DNA from: Candidatus Omnitrophota bacterium
GTDB taxonomy: Bacteria > Omnitrophota > Gorgyraeia > Gygaellales > Profunditerraquicolaceae
Direction of reading: 5' to 3'
Assembly (NCBI GenBank): GCA_028716245.1
Contig: JAQUQW010000001.1
Span: 485,925 to 549,924 of the forward strand
Length of the DNA stretch: 64,000 nucleotides
Under the pieces are notes generated by a model that did not search any database, was not told the DNA's origin, and worked only from the letters and a program-made list of their open reading frames with translations. Both the position numbers and the translations under genes were made by a program. Positions 50,964 through 60,718 of the stretch are shown here, in pieces. Position 1 is the first letter of the stretch. The number at the start of each line of letters is the position of its first letter.

Positions 50964-52052
50964 TTATCTGATTTTTAACGTAACCAAGGTAAAGAGGGCA
51001 AGTAAACCGGCAATGATCCAAAACCTAACAATCACTTTATTCTCAGGCAAATCCAAAAACTGAAAATGATGGTGCAGCGGGGCGATTTTAAAAATACGCT
51101 TTTTGGTCAGCTTATAAGAGCCCACTTGCAATATAACCGAGAGCGCCTCCAAAACAAATATGCCTCCGACAATAATCAGCAGCATCTCTTTTTTAATCAA
51201 TAATGCCACTGTCCCGATAGCTCCTCCTAAGGCCAGTGATCCGACATCCCCCATAAAGATCGAGGCAGGATAACAGTTGAACCAAAGAAAACCTAAGCCC
51301 GCTCCCACAATGCTGGCGCAGAAAATAGTCAGTTCCCCCGCGCCTTTAATATAAGGGATCAAAAGGTAATTGCTTAAATTAAGGTTGCCGGAAACATAAC
51401 TTAACACGCTAAAGGCAACACCCACCATCACCATGATACCGATAGCCAATCCATCTAAGCCATCGGTAAGATTTACGGCGTTCGATGAGCCGGTAATCAC
51501 CAAAATCACAAATAAAACATAAAAACCATCTAAATCAAAACCGCCCCCTTTTAGAAAAGGAATATCCAGCCTGGGATTATGCCCAGTATCCATAATCAGG
51601 ATTATCCCCAAGATCAAACCCAGGACAACTTGGCTGGCAAGTTTTACGCTGGGAGACAAGCCCCTGGCCTTATTTTTTACCTGCTTAAAATAATCATCTA
51701 TAAATCCGGTTAAGCCCAGCCAAACAGTGCTGAATAAAACAATCCAAATACAGGGATGGCTAATATCGGACCAAAGCAGGGTTGAAACTACCACTGTCCC
51801 GAGTATAAGGATCCCGCCCATAGTCGGAGTACCCTGCTTATTCCGGTGCAAATCATCCAGCTTTAAACTATCCGCTTTATTGATTTTCTCTCCGACTTTA
51901 AGTGTCTTTAATTTTTTGATTAACGGCGGGCCAAAAATCAGGCTCAGGATAAAAGCAGTCAAAGCAGCCATAACCGCGCGGAAGGTAATGTAGCGGAATA
52001 CATTGAAAGCAAAAATTAAATCCCTAAGAGGGTAAAACAGATGATAAAGCAT
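50964..52052 (-). CDS. mraY: Phospho-N-acetylmuramoyl-pentapeptide transferase
   Basis: Ten-TM PNPT family protein with the DD..NAVNLTDGLDGL motif. Confidence 0.9.
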   Translation of the reverse strand: MLYHLFYPLRDLIFAFNVFRYITFRAVMAALTAFILSLIFGPPLIKKLKTLKVGEKINKADSLKLDDLHRNKQGTPTMGGILILGTVVVSTLLWSDISHPCIWIVLFSTVWLGLTGFIDDYFKQVKNKARGLSPSVKLASQVVLGLILGIILIMDTGHNPRLDIPFLKGGGFDLDGFYVLFVILVITGSSNAVNLTDGLDGLAIGIMVMVGVAFSVLSYVSGNLNLSNYLLIPYIKGAGELTIFCASIVGAGLGFLWFNCYPASIFMGDVGSLALGGAIGTVALLIKKEMLLIIVGGIFVLEALSVILQVGSYKLTKKRIFKIAPLHHHFQFLDLPENKVIVRFWIIAGLLALFTLVTLKIR

Positions 52053-53413
52053 TAGACTTTAAAAACCTCTTCCATTTTCATCGACCGGGATCCCTTTACC
52101 AGAATTATATCGGAAGCACCCGGAGATATTTTATCAAACAATAAATCCCCGGCCTGCGCAGCGCCGGGGCAATAAAATATGTCTTTGCGCTTAAAACCGC
52201 CCTCTGCGGCTGCCTGGGCAGTGAGCCGGGCTAAGCTGCCTACTGCCACTAATACATCGCAGGTATTAGTTATACTCCTGGCGATTTGCCGATGCAATAA
52301 TTCTTTTTGCCTGCCTAACTCCAGCATATCCCCCATAATTAAGATCTTTTTACCTTTACACTTTGCGGCAGCCAAAGCCGCAAGCGCCGCTTCTAAAGAA
52401 AGGGGATTGGAATTATAGGTATCATCGATAAAAGTAAGCCCCTTAAATTTAATAAGATTAAGCCTGCCTTTGGGAAATTTAAAAGCAGCCAGCCTTGCGG
52501 CGATTTCCGGATAACTTAAGCCCAATATCCTGCTCACGGAAATCGCACCTAGCGCATTATAGATATTATAATGGCCTAAGGTGGATAATGCAAAAACAAA
52601 TTTAGAGTTGACTTTAAATTCTAATTTACCGTTACGGAATTTGATCGCGGAAGCGCAAAAATCGCTCTGCTCATTAATACCGTAAGTAAAAACATGCGCC
52701 CCTCTATTCCTGCGTATGATTATGCGTTTGAGTAATTTATCGTCGGCGCAAAGAACGGCAAGGGAAGGCTTGGCTAAATTGTCCAGCAGGGTTGATTTCT
52801 CTTTTAAAACCCCGTTTAAATCTTTTAAAAACTCAAGGTGGCTTAATCCGATATTGGTAATTACCCCAATGTTGGGGCGGGCGATCTTGGCCAGGTAATT
52901 GACCTCTCCGAAATGATTAGTGCCTATCTCCACTACCGCGAAATTATCTTTTTCGCAAAGTTGAATTAATGTCTGGGGAAGGCCGATCTGATTATTCTTG
53001 GTCCCCTCATTTTTCAATACCCGGGCATTGTCTGATAAAACCCAGGCAATCATCTCCTTGGTGGTGGTCTTGCCGTTTGAACCGGTGACGGCAATGACCG
53101 GCAGTTTAAATTTTTGCCTCTGGAATCTTGCTATATCCCCCAAGGCTAAAGTCGTATCTTTTACCTTAATCACTGCTATCCTTCCAGGAATCAGGCATTC
53201 AGGCATTCTTTCGACAATTAAACAGCGGACACCTGACTTTAAAACCTCGGCAATAAAATCATGGCCGTCAAAATTATTTCCCTTTAAAGCCAAAAACGCC
53301 TCCCCCGGCTTTAATCTCCTTGAATCGGTGGAAACAACCTCAAACTTATCCCTTAGCTTCCCCTGGATAAGTTTACCGCCTGTGGCTTTAATTATTTCAT
53401 TGACTTTAAACAC
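52052..53413 (-). CDS. murF: UDP-N-acetylmuramoyl-tripeptide--D-alanyl-D-alanine ligase
   Basis: Mur ligase P-loop GSNGKTTTKEM. Lies between murE and mraY. Confidence 0.85.
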   Translation of the reverse strand: MFKVNEIIKATGGKLIQGKLRDKFEVVSTDSRRLKPGEAFLALKGNNFDGHDFIAEVLKSGVRCLIVERMPECLIPGRIAVIKVKDTTLALGDIARFQRQKFKLPVIAVTGSNGKTTTKEMIAWVLSDNARVLKNEGTKNNQIGLPQTLIQLCEKDNFAVVEIGTNHFGEVNYLAKIARPNIGVITNIGLSHLEFLKDLNGVLKEKSTLLDNLAKPSLAVLCADDKLLKRIIIRRNRGAHVFTYGINEQSDFCASAIKFRNGKLEFKVNSKFVFALSTLGHYNIYNALGAISVSRILGLSYPEIAARLAAFKFPKGRLNLIKFKGLTFIDDTYNSNPLSLEAALAALAAAKCKGKKILIMGDMLELGRQKELLHRQIARSITNTCDVLVAVGSLARLTAQAAAEGGFKRKDIFYCPGAAQAGDLLFDKISPGASDIILVKGSRSMKMEEVFKV

Positions 53414-54807
53414 TTCCGGACCACCTCTTTATCGTTAAAATGTACGGCTCCATCTTTTAATATCTGATAATTTTCATGGCCTTTACCGGCAAGCAGCAAA
53501 CAATCATCTTTTTTAACCAGAGATAAACCCGCGCGGATGGCTTCAAAACGCTCGGGCTTGCGGCAGTAATTATTTTTATCAATACCTGCGCAAACATCTT
53601 TGATTATCCGCAGCGGATCCTCGGAACGGGGGTTATCGCTGGTAATAATCGCGTAGTCTGCCAGCTCGGTAACCACCTTACCCATTTTCGGGCGCTTAAG
53701 CTTATCGCGCTCTCCTCCGCAGCCAAAGACCGTAATAATCTTGCCCTTAACCAACGGCCTTAAAGCACTGATAACATTGAATAGCGCATCCGGGGTATGC
53801 GCATAATCTACAAAAATAGTGAACCCTCTTTTACAGGCAACCTTCTCCAGCCTGCCGCAAACATTCCTGAATTTTTCGATGGCGGATTGGATATCCTTGA
53901 TGCTTAGTTTTGCACTTATCCCCCAGGCAATAGCTGCCAGTAGATTATAAATATTGTGCCGGCCGACAAGGTGGGTTTTGATCCGGAGGTTTATTTTTGG
54001 CGCAACCAAAGTAAATTTAGCCCCATCCATGCCAAAATCAATATCTTTGGCCATAACCGCCGAGGGCGTTTTTATGCCATAGGTCAAAATCTTAGCGCCG
54101 GTCAAACGCTTAATCCGACGGCCATACCTGTCGTCGTTATTGATTATTGCCGTCCCGGATGAGGGCAGAGAACGAAAAAGTTTCGCTTTTGCCAGAAAAT
54201 AATTTTCTAAATTCTTATGATAATCCAGATGGTCTTGGGTAAGATTGGTAAAAATAGCGCAGTTAAAGCGAATTCCCGCTGCCCTCTCCTGATCCAAGGC
54301 GTGAGATGAAACCTCCATCGCGCAATATTTAACTCCTCCGGCATGCATCTTGGCAAGCAAACTTTGTAATTCTACGCAGCCCGGAGTGGTATTTTTAGAT
54401 TCAATCACTCTACCTTTAAAATGGTAATCAATCGTGCCGATTACTCCGCAAGCGTATCCGGATTCTCCAGCCAGAGCTTCGATTAAATATGCGATAGTTG
54501 TTTTGCCGTTAGTGCCGGTGACACCAACGACCTTAAGCTTGGCTGAAGGAAACCCGTAAAACCTGTTTGCCGCTTTAGCTAAAAATTTACGGCAATCATT
54601 TACCGTAATTAATTTAACCTTTCCAGGAATTTTTATTTTCGGCGTATTTTTCTGCATCACCACGACACTGGCGCCCCGGGTAATTGCTTCATTTATAAAA
54701 CAGTTTCCATCCTGGCGATTTCCCTTGATGGCTACAAAAACAAAACCTTTCTTTACCTGTTTGGAGTTAGAAGTAATGCCTTTGATTTTGATACCGGAGA
54801 TTTTCAT
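53392..54807 (-). CDS. murE: UDP-N-acetylmuramoyl-L-alanyl-D-glutamate--2,6-diaminopimelate (or lysine) ligase
   Basis: P-loop GTNGKTTIAYL and the Mur ligase middle and C-terminal domains. Confidence 0.9.
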   Translation of the reverse strand: MKISGIKIKGITSNSKQVKKGFVFVAIKGNRQDGNCFINEAITRGASVVVMQKNTPKIKIPGKVKLITVNDCRKFLAKAANRFYGFPSAKLKVVGVTGTNGKTTIAYLIEALAGESGYACGVIGTIDYHFKGRVIESKNTTPGCVELQSLLAKMHAGGVKYCAMEVSSHALDQERAAGIRFNCAIFTNLTQDHLDYHKNLENYFLAKAKLFRSLPSSGTAIINNDDRYGRRIKRLTGAKILTYGIKTPSAVMAKDIDFGMDGAKFTLVAPKINLRIKTHLVGRHNIYNLLAAIAWGISAKLSIKDIQSAIEKFRNVCGRLEKVACKRGFTIFVDYAHTPDALFNVISALRPLVKGKIITVFGCGGERDKLKRPKMGKVVTELADYAIITSDNPRSEDPLRIIKDVCAGIDKNNYCRKPERFEAIRAGLSLVKKDDCLLLAGKGHENYQILKDGAVHFNDKEVVRKCLKSMK

Positions 54808-56501
54808 TGTGCCAGGCCTTGAGTGGGCATTTCATTTCCCTTTAGATAACGTATCGCGTCACCAGCGACCTTTTGGAACACCGGAGCAGCGACTACCCCG
54901 CCAAAATAAACCGGATGCGGTTCATCAACCGTTACCACAATAGCCAACAATGGATCTTCAGCGGGAGAAAAACCGATAAAGGAAGCGACAAATTTATTGT
55001 GCGAATAGGATCCGTTTGCTTCAAGCTTCTGGGCGGTCCCGGTCTTTCCCGCGGCGCTGAATCCGGAAACCTTGGCCAGCCTACCTGTGCCCTCCTCGAC
55101 TACTCCGGTAAGAATCTTCTTTATGCGCAAGGCAGTGTCAATTGAAATTACCTTGCGGATTAATGTGGGTTTATTCTGTTTAATTATCTGGCCCTGGCTA
55201 TCGCGCACCGAATCAATGATATAAGGCTTCATCAGTTGTCCGCCATTGGCAATTACTGATATTGCACTGGCCAATTGCAAAGCAGTCACCCCAACCTCCT
55301 GGCCGATAGGTATGGCGGTCATCGATGTCTTTGACCACTGGCGCACCGGCTTGATCATTCCGGAGATCTCTCCCGATAGTTCAATTCCTAATTTTGACCC
55401 AAAACCAAAAGCCTTTAAATACCGGTAAATTGTATCCGGGCCCAAAATTTGGGCGACTTTTACCGTACCAATGTTACTTGACTCCTCGATTACCTGCCTG
55501 AAAGTAAGCAAGCCATGCGGCATATGATCATGCAATATGCGCCCGGCTACCTTATAAGATCCATTCTCGCAAAAAAAAGTGTCCTCTTCAGTAACCTTTT
55601 TCTCTTCAAGGGCAGCCGAAGCAGTGACAATTTTAAAAACCGATCCGGGCTCAAACAAATCGCAAATAGCCCGGTTGCGGATCGAATCTTTACTGACTCC
55701 GGAATGGCTGTTTAAATCATAATTGGGGCGACTGGCCATCGCCAGGATCCTGCCCGTATGAGGATCCATAACGATGATGCTGGCCCCTTTTGCGTGAAAA
55801 CTCTTAAAAGCCTTATCCAACTCTCTTTCCGCGATATATTGAACAACCTCATCAATAGTCAAAACCAAATCCAGGCCATCGACAGGCAAGATCATCTTTT
55901 CCCAAATGTCTAATTTTTTCAAATGCGCGTCGCGTAAAAAAATCGCCCAGCCGCTGGTCCCTGCCAGGTACCGGTTAAAATCCCTTTCTACGCCCTCCAG
56001 GCCGACATTATCCATTCCGCTAAAACCAATTATGTGGCTGGCCAGATAACTGTTAGGATAAATCCGCTTGGTCTCCTTGACAAACCCTAAACCCTTCATA
56101 TTTAATTTCTTGATTGCTTCGGATTTTTCCGGAGTTAATTTTCGCGCAATCCAAATAAATGCCTTTTTGCGGTCCAATCTTTCCTGCAGGTAAGCCCGCT
56201 CTGTTCCAAGTATAGGCAGCAACTGATTAATCACAATCTCTTTATTTTTAATCGCATTAGGCACCGCGTACAGGGAATCCATGGACATATTGAATGCCTG
56301 CATCTTAAGATTGCAATCATAGATCGCCCCGCGCCGCGGCTCAAGTTCCACAAGTTGATTATGCTGTTTATTGGCTATGGCGGTAAGGTAATTTGAACGG
56401 AAAAACTGGATAAAAAAAAGACGGCCTACGCAAAGCAGGAGAAAAATAAAAAAGACTAAAAATACCGCCTCGTTTCTTCGGCGATAATTACTGATATACA
56501 C
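54804..56501 (-). CDS. ftsI: Peptidoglycan D,D-transpeptidase FtsI (PBP3)
   Basis: N-terminal anchor, PBP dimerisation domain, SVFK, SSN and KTGTAQ. Confidence 0.85.
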   Translation of the reverse strand: MYISNYRRRNEAVFLVFFIFLLLCVGRLFFIQFFRSNYLTAIANKQHNQLVELEPRRGAIYDCNLKMQAFNMSMDSLYAVPNAIKNKEIVINQLLPILGTERAYLQERLDRKKAFIWIARKLTPEKSEAIKKLNMKGLGFVKETKRIYPNSYLASHIIGFSGMDNVGLEGVERDFNRYLAGTSGWAIFLRDAHLKKLDIWEKMILPVDGLDLVLTIDEVVQYIAERELDKAFKSFHAKGASIIVMDPHTGRILAMASRPNYDLNSHSGVSKDSIRNRAICDLFEPGSVFKIVTASAALEEKKVTEEDTFFCENGSYKVAGRILHDHMPHGLLTFRQVIEESSNIGTVKVAQILGPDTIYRYLKAFGFGSKLGIELSGEISGMIKPVRQWSKTSMTAIPIGQEVGVTALQLASAISVIANGGQLMKPYIIDSVRDSQGQIIKQNKPTLIRKVISIDTALRIKKILTGVVEEGTGRLAKVSGFSAAGKTGTAQKLEANGSYSHNKFVASFIGFSPAEDPLLAIVVTVDEPHPVYFGGVVAAPVFQKVAGDAIRYLKGNEMPTQGLAQ

Positions 56502-56525
56502 TATATCCTTTAGGAGTAATAAATA

Positions 56526-56894
56526 TTAAGGGTTAATTGTTTTTGCTTGAGCTTCCCGCTTTAAGCTAAAGATCCGCGCCAACAGGCCTTCCCGGTTTTG
56601 ATTCTGGTCCGCAAGCGCAAGACCCTGCTTGGAAGAAATAAACTTAACAAAACGGTAATTATCCGGCATCTGAAAATCCCGAGTCTGGTTTATACGATTA
56701 CCGATATTTACCAAAGAAGAATTCTTGTTAATATTATATCTTAAGGCGGTGTTTTTATCCAGCAATTCTGTGAAGACAACCTGTTTTTTCTGGCCCAAAT
56801 AAGCCAGGCGAAAGATCTCGCTTTGCTGGTAAACATAAAGCACGGAGAAAGAAGTGATAAACACTACCGTAGATAAAAATTTGGTCAGCTTCAT
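56526..56894 (-). CDS. ftsL: Cell division protein FtsL-like
   Basis: Small bitopic membrane protein (TM helix FLSTVVFITSFSVLYVY) located between rsmH and ftsI. Confidence 0.5.
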   Translation of the reverse strand: MKLTKFLSTVVFITSFSVLYVYQQSEIFRLAYLGQKKQVVFTELLDKNTALRYNINKNSSLVNIGNRINQTRDFQMPDNYRFVKFISSKQGLALADQNQNREGLLARIFSLKREAQAKTINP

Positions 56895-56900
56895 TTTGTC

Positions 56901-57803
56901 CTAGATCCTCTGGGCTACCCTGAATTTAGAGCTGCGGCTAGAAGGGTTTTTTTCTATCTCGCTAGCTGTGGGGGTCAGGGGTTTAGCTGTAATAATATCG
57001 ATTATTCCGTCGGCCTTGAGCGCGCGGAATGTATGTTTAATTACGCGATCTTCTAAAGAATGAAAAGAAATTACGCATATTCTAGCCTGCTTTCTTAAAA
57101 TTGCAACGGCTTTCTTGATCGCGCTTTCTAAAATTTCTAATTCCCGGTTTACCGCGATTCTCACTGCCTGAAAAGTACGGGTAGCCGGATGTATACGGTA
57201 ATAACTCCTGCGGTACCTGTGCGGAATAGCCCGCACCACCAGATCCGCTAATTGCCTGGTCGTAGCAATTGGCGTTACCCTACGCTCCTCAACCAACAGA
57301 TGGGCAATACGGTTATGCCAGCGCTCCTGGCCGAAACTCCAGAGCATATGGGAAATCTCGTTTTCATTAAGGTTATTTACCAAATCATACGCCGATATAT
57401 AGCTGCTTTTATCTAAACGCATATCTAGCGGCCCCTCCTCCTGAAAACTAAACCCTCTCTGGGTATCCTTTAGCTGGTAAGTAGAAATTCCCAAATCAAA
57501 AATAATCCCGTCAATACCATCTATGCCCAGCTTTCTTAAAACCTGGTCTAAATCCGAAAAATTAGCGTGCACAAATTCACAACTATCTTTAAATTCACTC
57601 AGCCTCTGCCGGCAAATTTGCAACGAATCTTCATCGCGGTCGATACCGATCAACCTGCCTCCGGGAGTAATCCTTTTTAGTATCTCTAAACTGTGCCCGC
57701 CGGTTCCCATAGTTGCGTCAACAATCGTTTGCCCGGGCGCAAGTTTCAAATATTCTATAACTTCAGCCAGCATTACTGGTATATGCAAAGGCGCTTCTAA
57801 CAT
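56901..57803 (-). CDS. rsmH: 16S rRNA (cytosine1402-N4)-methyltransferase RsmH (MraW)
   Basis: SAM-binding VDATMGTGGHS and the MraW fold. Second gene of the dcw cluster. Confidence 0.9.
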   Translation of the reverse strand: MLEAPLHIPVMLAEVIEYLKLAPGQTIVDATMGTGGHSLEILKRITPGGRLIGIDRDEDSLQICRQRLSEFKDSCEFVHANFSDLDQVLRKLGIDGIDGIIFDLGISTYQLKDTQRGFSFQEEGPLDMRLDKSSYISAYDLVNNLNENEISHMLWSFGQERWHNRIAHLLVEERRVTPIATTRQLADLVVRAIPHRYRRSYYRIHPATRTFQAVRIAVNRELEILESAIKKAVAILRKQARICVISFHSLEDRVIKHTFRALKADGIIDIITAKPLTPTASEIEKNPSSRSSKFRVAQRI

Positions 57804-58241
57804 TTAGACATCCATCAATTTCTCGGCGATCTCTTCAAAAGACTGGCGGCTGTTGGCGTAAAAATCACGCCAGGAATCTTTTGCCCAAATCTCAATGCGG
57901 TTAGAAACCCCAACAATCATCACGTCCCTCTTAATCCCGGCGAAATCTTTCAAATATTGGGGGACCAAGATCCTGCCCTGCTTATCGGAAACTATCTCAA
58001 CAGCTCCGCTAAAAAGCAGCCGGTTAAAAATACGGGACTGCTGTTTGGTAAAAGACATGGTTTTAAATTTATTTTCCTGGGAACGCCATTCCTCCTCGGC
58101 AAACATAAAAAGGCATTTATCCAAACCGCGGGTAATAAAAAATTTTTCCACGAATTGATTTTTAGCAACTTCGCGGAATTTGGCAGGCAATATCAGACGG
58201 CCTTTACGGTCTATAGAATGCTCAAATTCACCGTAGAACAT
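57804..58241 (-). CDS. mraZ: Transcriptional regulator MraZ
   Basis: Tandem SpoVT/AbrB-like halves (GEFEHSIDRKGRLILPAKFR and VEIVSDKQGRILVPQYL). First gene of the dcw cluster. Confidence 0.85.
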   Translation of the reverse strand: MFYGEFEHSIDRKGRLILPAKFREVAKNQFVEKFFITRGLDKCLFMFAEEEWRSQENKFKTMSFTKQQSRIFNRLLFSGAVEIVSDKQGRILVPQYLKDFAGIKRDVMIVGVSNRIEIWAKDSWRDFYANSRQSFEEIAEKLMDV

Positions 58242-58254
58242 TTTTTCTTCCCTT

Positions 58255-58280
58255 CCACTTTACTCCACTTTTATCCACTA
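58255..58280 (-). promoter_or_regulatory. Candidate MraZ operator: three GTGG direct repeats at exact 10-bp spacing
   Basis: Minus strand reads GTGGATAAAAGTGGAGTAAAGTGGAAGG (plus-strand ccac at 58255, 58265 and 58275), between the predicted -10 element and the mraZ ATG. Confidence 0.5.
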
Positions 58281-58289
58281 GATGACTAA

Positions 58290-58318
58290 AGTATAGACAA
58301 AATCTTCCCTTTTGTCAA
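58290..58318 (-). promoter_or_regulatory. dcw/mraZ sigma70-type promoter
   Basis: Minus strand reads TTGACA-17 nt-TATACT, about 50 nt upstream of the mraZ start. Confidence 0.55.
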
Positions 58319-58381
58319 GAAAAAATTTTCCTAAATTCAGTAAATACAATCAATTGGGGATAAAACGAGCCTAATACCCAG

Positions 58382-59305
58382 CTATTGTGGTTTTCTGTGC
58401 AGCTGCCGCAGGACCTTGCGGCAGGAAATTATATCTTTTTGGATTTGCGACAATAATTCTCCCAAAGAAGCGAATTTTTTATCTAAGCGTATTAATTTAA
58501 CAAATTGAATTTCGAGTGTCCGGCCATAAATATTTTTATGGAAATCAAATATGTGCACCTCGACGTGGATAGATTTATTTTCAGAATCAAGCGTCGGCCT
58601 TCTGCCGATATAACAGATGCCGTTATAGCGCTTGGCGGAAAATATGATCTCAACCGCGTAAATACCGGCTGAAGGAATGACTTCATGGTGCGGGTTGATA
58701 TTGGCGGTAGGAAACCCTAAAACCCGGGCAAGCCGGCTGCCTTTAATTACCGAGCCTAAAATACTTACCCGGCGACCAAGCAGCTCTTCGGCGTCCTTGA
58801 TCTTGGAGCTCCTGATTAATTTCCTTATCACCGTGCTGCTGATTGCCGTGCCTTTTGATTTCAGGACGTTAAAAACTTTAAGCTTAAAATTATATTTTCT
58901 TGCCGCCTGCGCAAGCAATCTATAATCGCCGCTGGCTTTATTGCCAAAACGGAAATTCTTCCCCACGCAGACAAACCTGGCACCGATCTTTTCAACCAGT
59001 ATTTTAACGATGAAATCATCGGCGGTTAGCTTGGCGAAACGATTGCTAAAATCTACCACTATACACACATCAATACCCATTTCGGCAATCAACCTTAGGC
59101 GGTGTTCCAGGGAATAAAGGCTGGGCTCTTTCTGCGGATGCGGGAAAAAAGTCAGGGCGATGCTTGTCCCTTTGGCCTGGCGGGCTATCCTTACCGCCGC
59201 TTGTAAAATATTACGATGGCCCCGATGCACCCCGTCGAAAACACCTAAAGCCGCCACCGCCCCCGCGTACTTTTTAATTTTATTTATTCCGTGGATTACG
59301 ATCAT
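58382..59305 (-). CDS. ribF: Bifunctional riboflavin kinase / FMN adenylyltransferase
   Basis: N-terminal nucleotidyltransferase GVFDGVHRGH and a C-terminal riboflavin kinase domain. Confidence 0.85.
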   Translation of the reverse strand: MIVIHGINKIKKYAGAVAALGVFDGVHRGHRNILQAAVRIARQAKGTSIALTFFPHPQKEPSLYSLEHRLRLIAEMGIDVCIVVDFSNRFAKLTADDFIVKILVEKIGARFVCVGKNFRFGNKASGDYRLLAQAARKYNFKLKVFNVLKSKGTAISSTVIRKLIRSSKIKDAEELLGRRVSILGSVIKGSRLARVLGFPTANINPHHEVIPSAGIYAVEIIFSAKRYNGICYIGRRPTLDSENKSIHVEVHIFDFHKNIYGRTLEIQFVKLIRLDKKFASLGELLSQIQKDIISCRKVLRQLHRKPQ

Positions 59306-59312
59306 TGAAAAA

Positions 59313-60284
59313 TTATTTTAAGGATTGCCGGATTCTGGCGATAACTTTTTTCACGATTTTTTTAATATCGCCGGTTAAAGTGCATCCGGCAGCGCTCTTA
59401 TGCCCTCCGCCTTCAAAAAACGCGGCGATCTCATTTACATCGACCTTGCCCTGGCTTCTTAAGTTGACGCGCACCTCATTATTTTCTCCGAGATTTTCTT
59501 TAAACAATGCTACCACCTCTACCCCCTTGATTGCCCGGCCAAAACTCAAAGCCAGATCCGCTAAATCCACGCAAGGCTTTCCTGCCTTAAACAGTTCTTT
59601 TCGAATCTGAAATGCGACGACCCTGCCCTGGCAATAGAATTCTATTTTTGGAAGAAGTTTGAGCAGCAATTTTACATCAGCAGGCGGAATATTCTCGTAG
59701 GTAGCCCGATAAACCTGGGCAACATCTATTCCGAATTTCAAAAGCTCGGAAGCCGCCTTAAACGTATGGCTGGAAGTATTTGAGTAGCGAAATGAACCGG
59801 TATCGGTCATTATTCCGGTATACAAAGCCACGGCCGTATCCTTATCCATAGGCAAGTGTAATTTTTTATACATTTTATAAACCATCTCTGAACATGAAGA
59901 AGCTTTTGGGTCAACCCAGTTTAGGTCGCCAAAATTACGGTTGCTGATGTGGTGATCGATATTTAAAACCGGTTTCTTATCTTTATTTAATTTATAAACA
60001 TCGCCGGTGCGTTTTAAATCCGCGCAGTCTAAAACCGCAAAACAATCAAAATCAACGTTCTTAGAGCTCTTATTCAATAGGCGTATAAGTTTATTACCCG
60101 GCAGAAAATCATAGCCGTAGGGCAATTTATCTTCATTGATGATTATCCCGCTCTTGCCCAGTTTCTTGACCAGGTTATAAAATCCAAGTTCACTGCCCAA
60201 GGCATCGCCTTCAGGGCTGGTGTGGACAGTAATCAAAAAATTATTATATTTTTTTATGTTTGCGCAAACATCATTCAGGCTCAT
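59313..60284 (-). CDS. DHH-family phosphoesterase (NrnA-like nanoRNase/pAp phosphatase)
   Basis: DHH motif NIDHHISN and a DHHA1-like C-terminal domain with GGGHKSAAG. Confidence 0.7.
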   Translation of the reverse strand: MSLNDVCANIKKYNNFLITVHTSPEGDALGSELGFYNLVKKLGKSGIIINEDKLPYGYDFLPGNKLIRLLNKSSKNVDFDCFAVLDCADLKRTGDVYKLNKDKKPVLNIDHHISNRNFGDLNWVDPKASSCSEMVYKMYKKLHLPMDKDTAVALYTGIMTDTGSFRYSNTSSHTFKAASELLKFGIDVAQVYRATYENIPPADVKLLLKLLPKIEFYCQGRVVAFQIRKELFKAGKPCVDLADLALSFGRAIKGVEVVALFKENLGENNEVRVNLRSQGKVDVNEIAAFFEGGGHKSAAGCTLTGDIKKIVKKVIARIRQSLK

Positions 60285-60661
60285 TGCGCCTCTCCCTTGA
60301 GCTTAGCGTCCGTTCCTTTAGCGGGCGGCGCCTTTATCTCATTCAGTATTTCTTCGATCCGCACGCTATATTCGCTAGAGCGGTCTTCTTTAAACATAAG
60401 TTCGGTGGCAAAACGCATGTTGATCCTCTGGGCGACCAGGCTGCGAATATAACCTAAGGCAGAATCTAAAGCAAGCTTAGTCTTTTTATGCGCGTCTTCT
60501 TTACCTAAAACGCTGTAAAAAATTTCAGCGTTTCTCAAATCCTTGGACAACTCCACCCGGATTACGGTGACAAAACCAATTCTAGGGTCTTTAAGCTCAT
60601 CATGAATAATCGTGCTTACCTCTTTTTTTATCGCTTCCTCAACTCTTTCACGTCTGGGCAT
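60281..60661 (-). CDS. rbfA: Ribosome-binding factor A
   Basis: KH-like RbfA fold (RIGFVTVIRVELSKDLRNAEIFYSV). Confidence 0.8.
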   Translation of the reverse strand: MPRRERVEEAIKKEVSTIIHDELKDPRIGFVTVIRVELSKDLRNAEIFYSVLGKEDAHKKTKLALDSALGYIRSLVAQRINMRFATELMFKEDRSSEYSVRIEEILNEIKAPPAKGTDAKLKGEAQ

Positions 60662-60718
60662 TTGTTCAACTCCGTTTCTAATGTTACTGACGTTTCTGTT
60701 ATTAATGGATACAAAACG

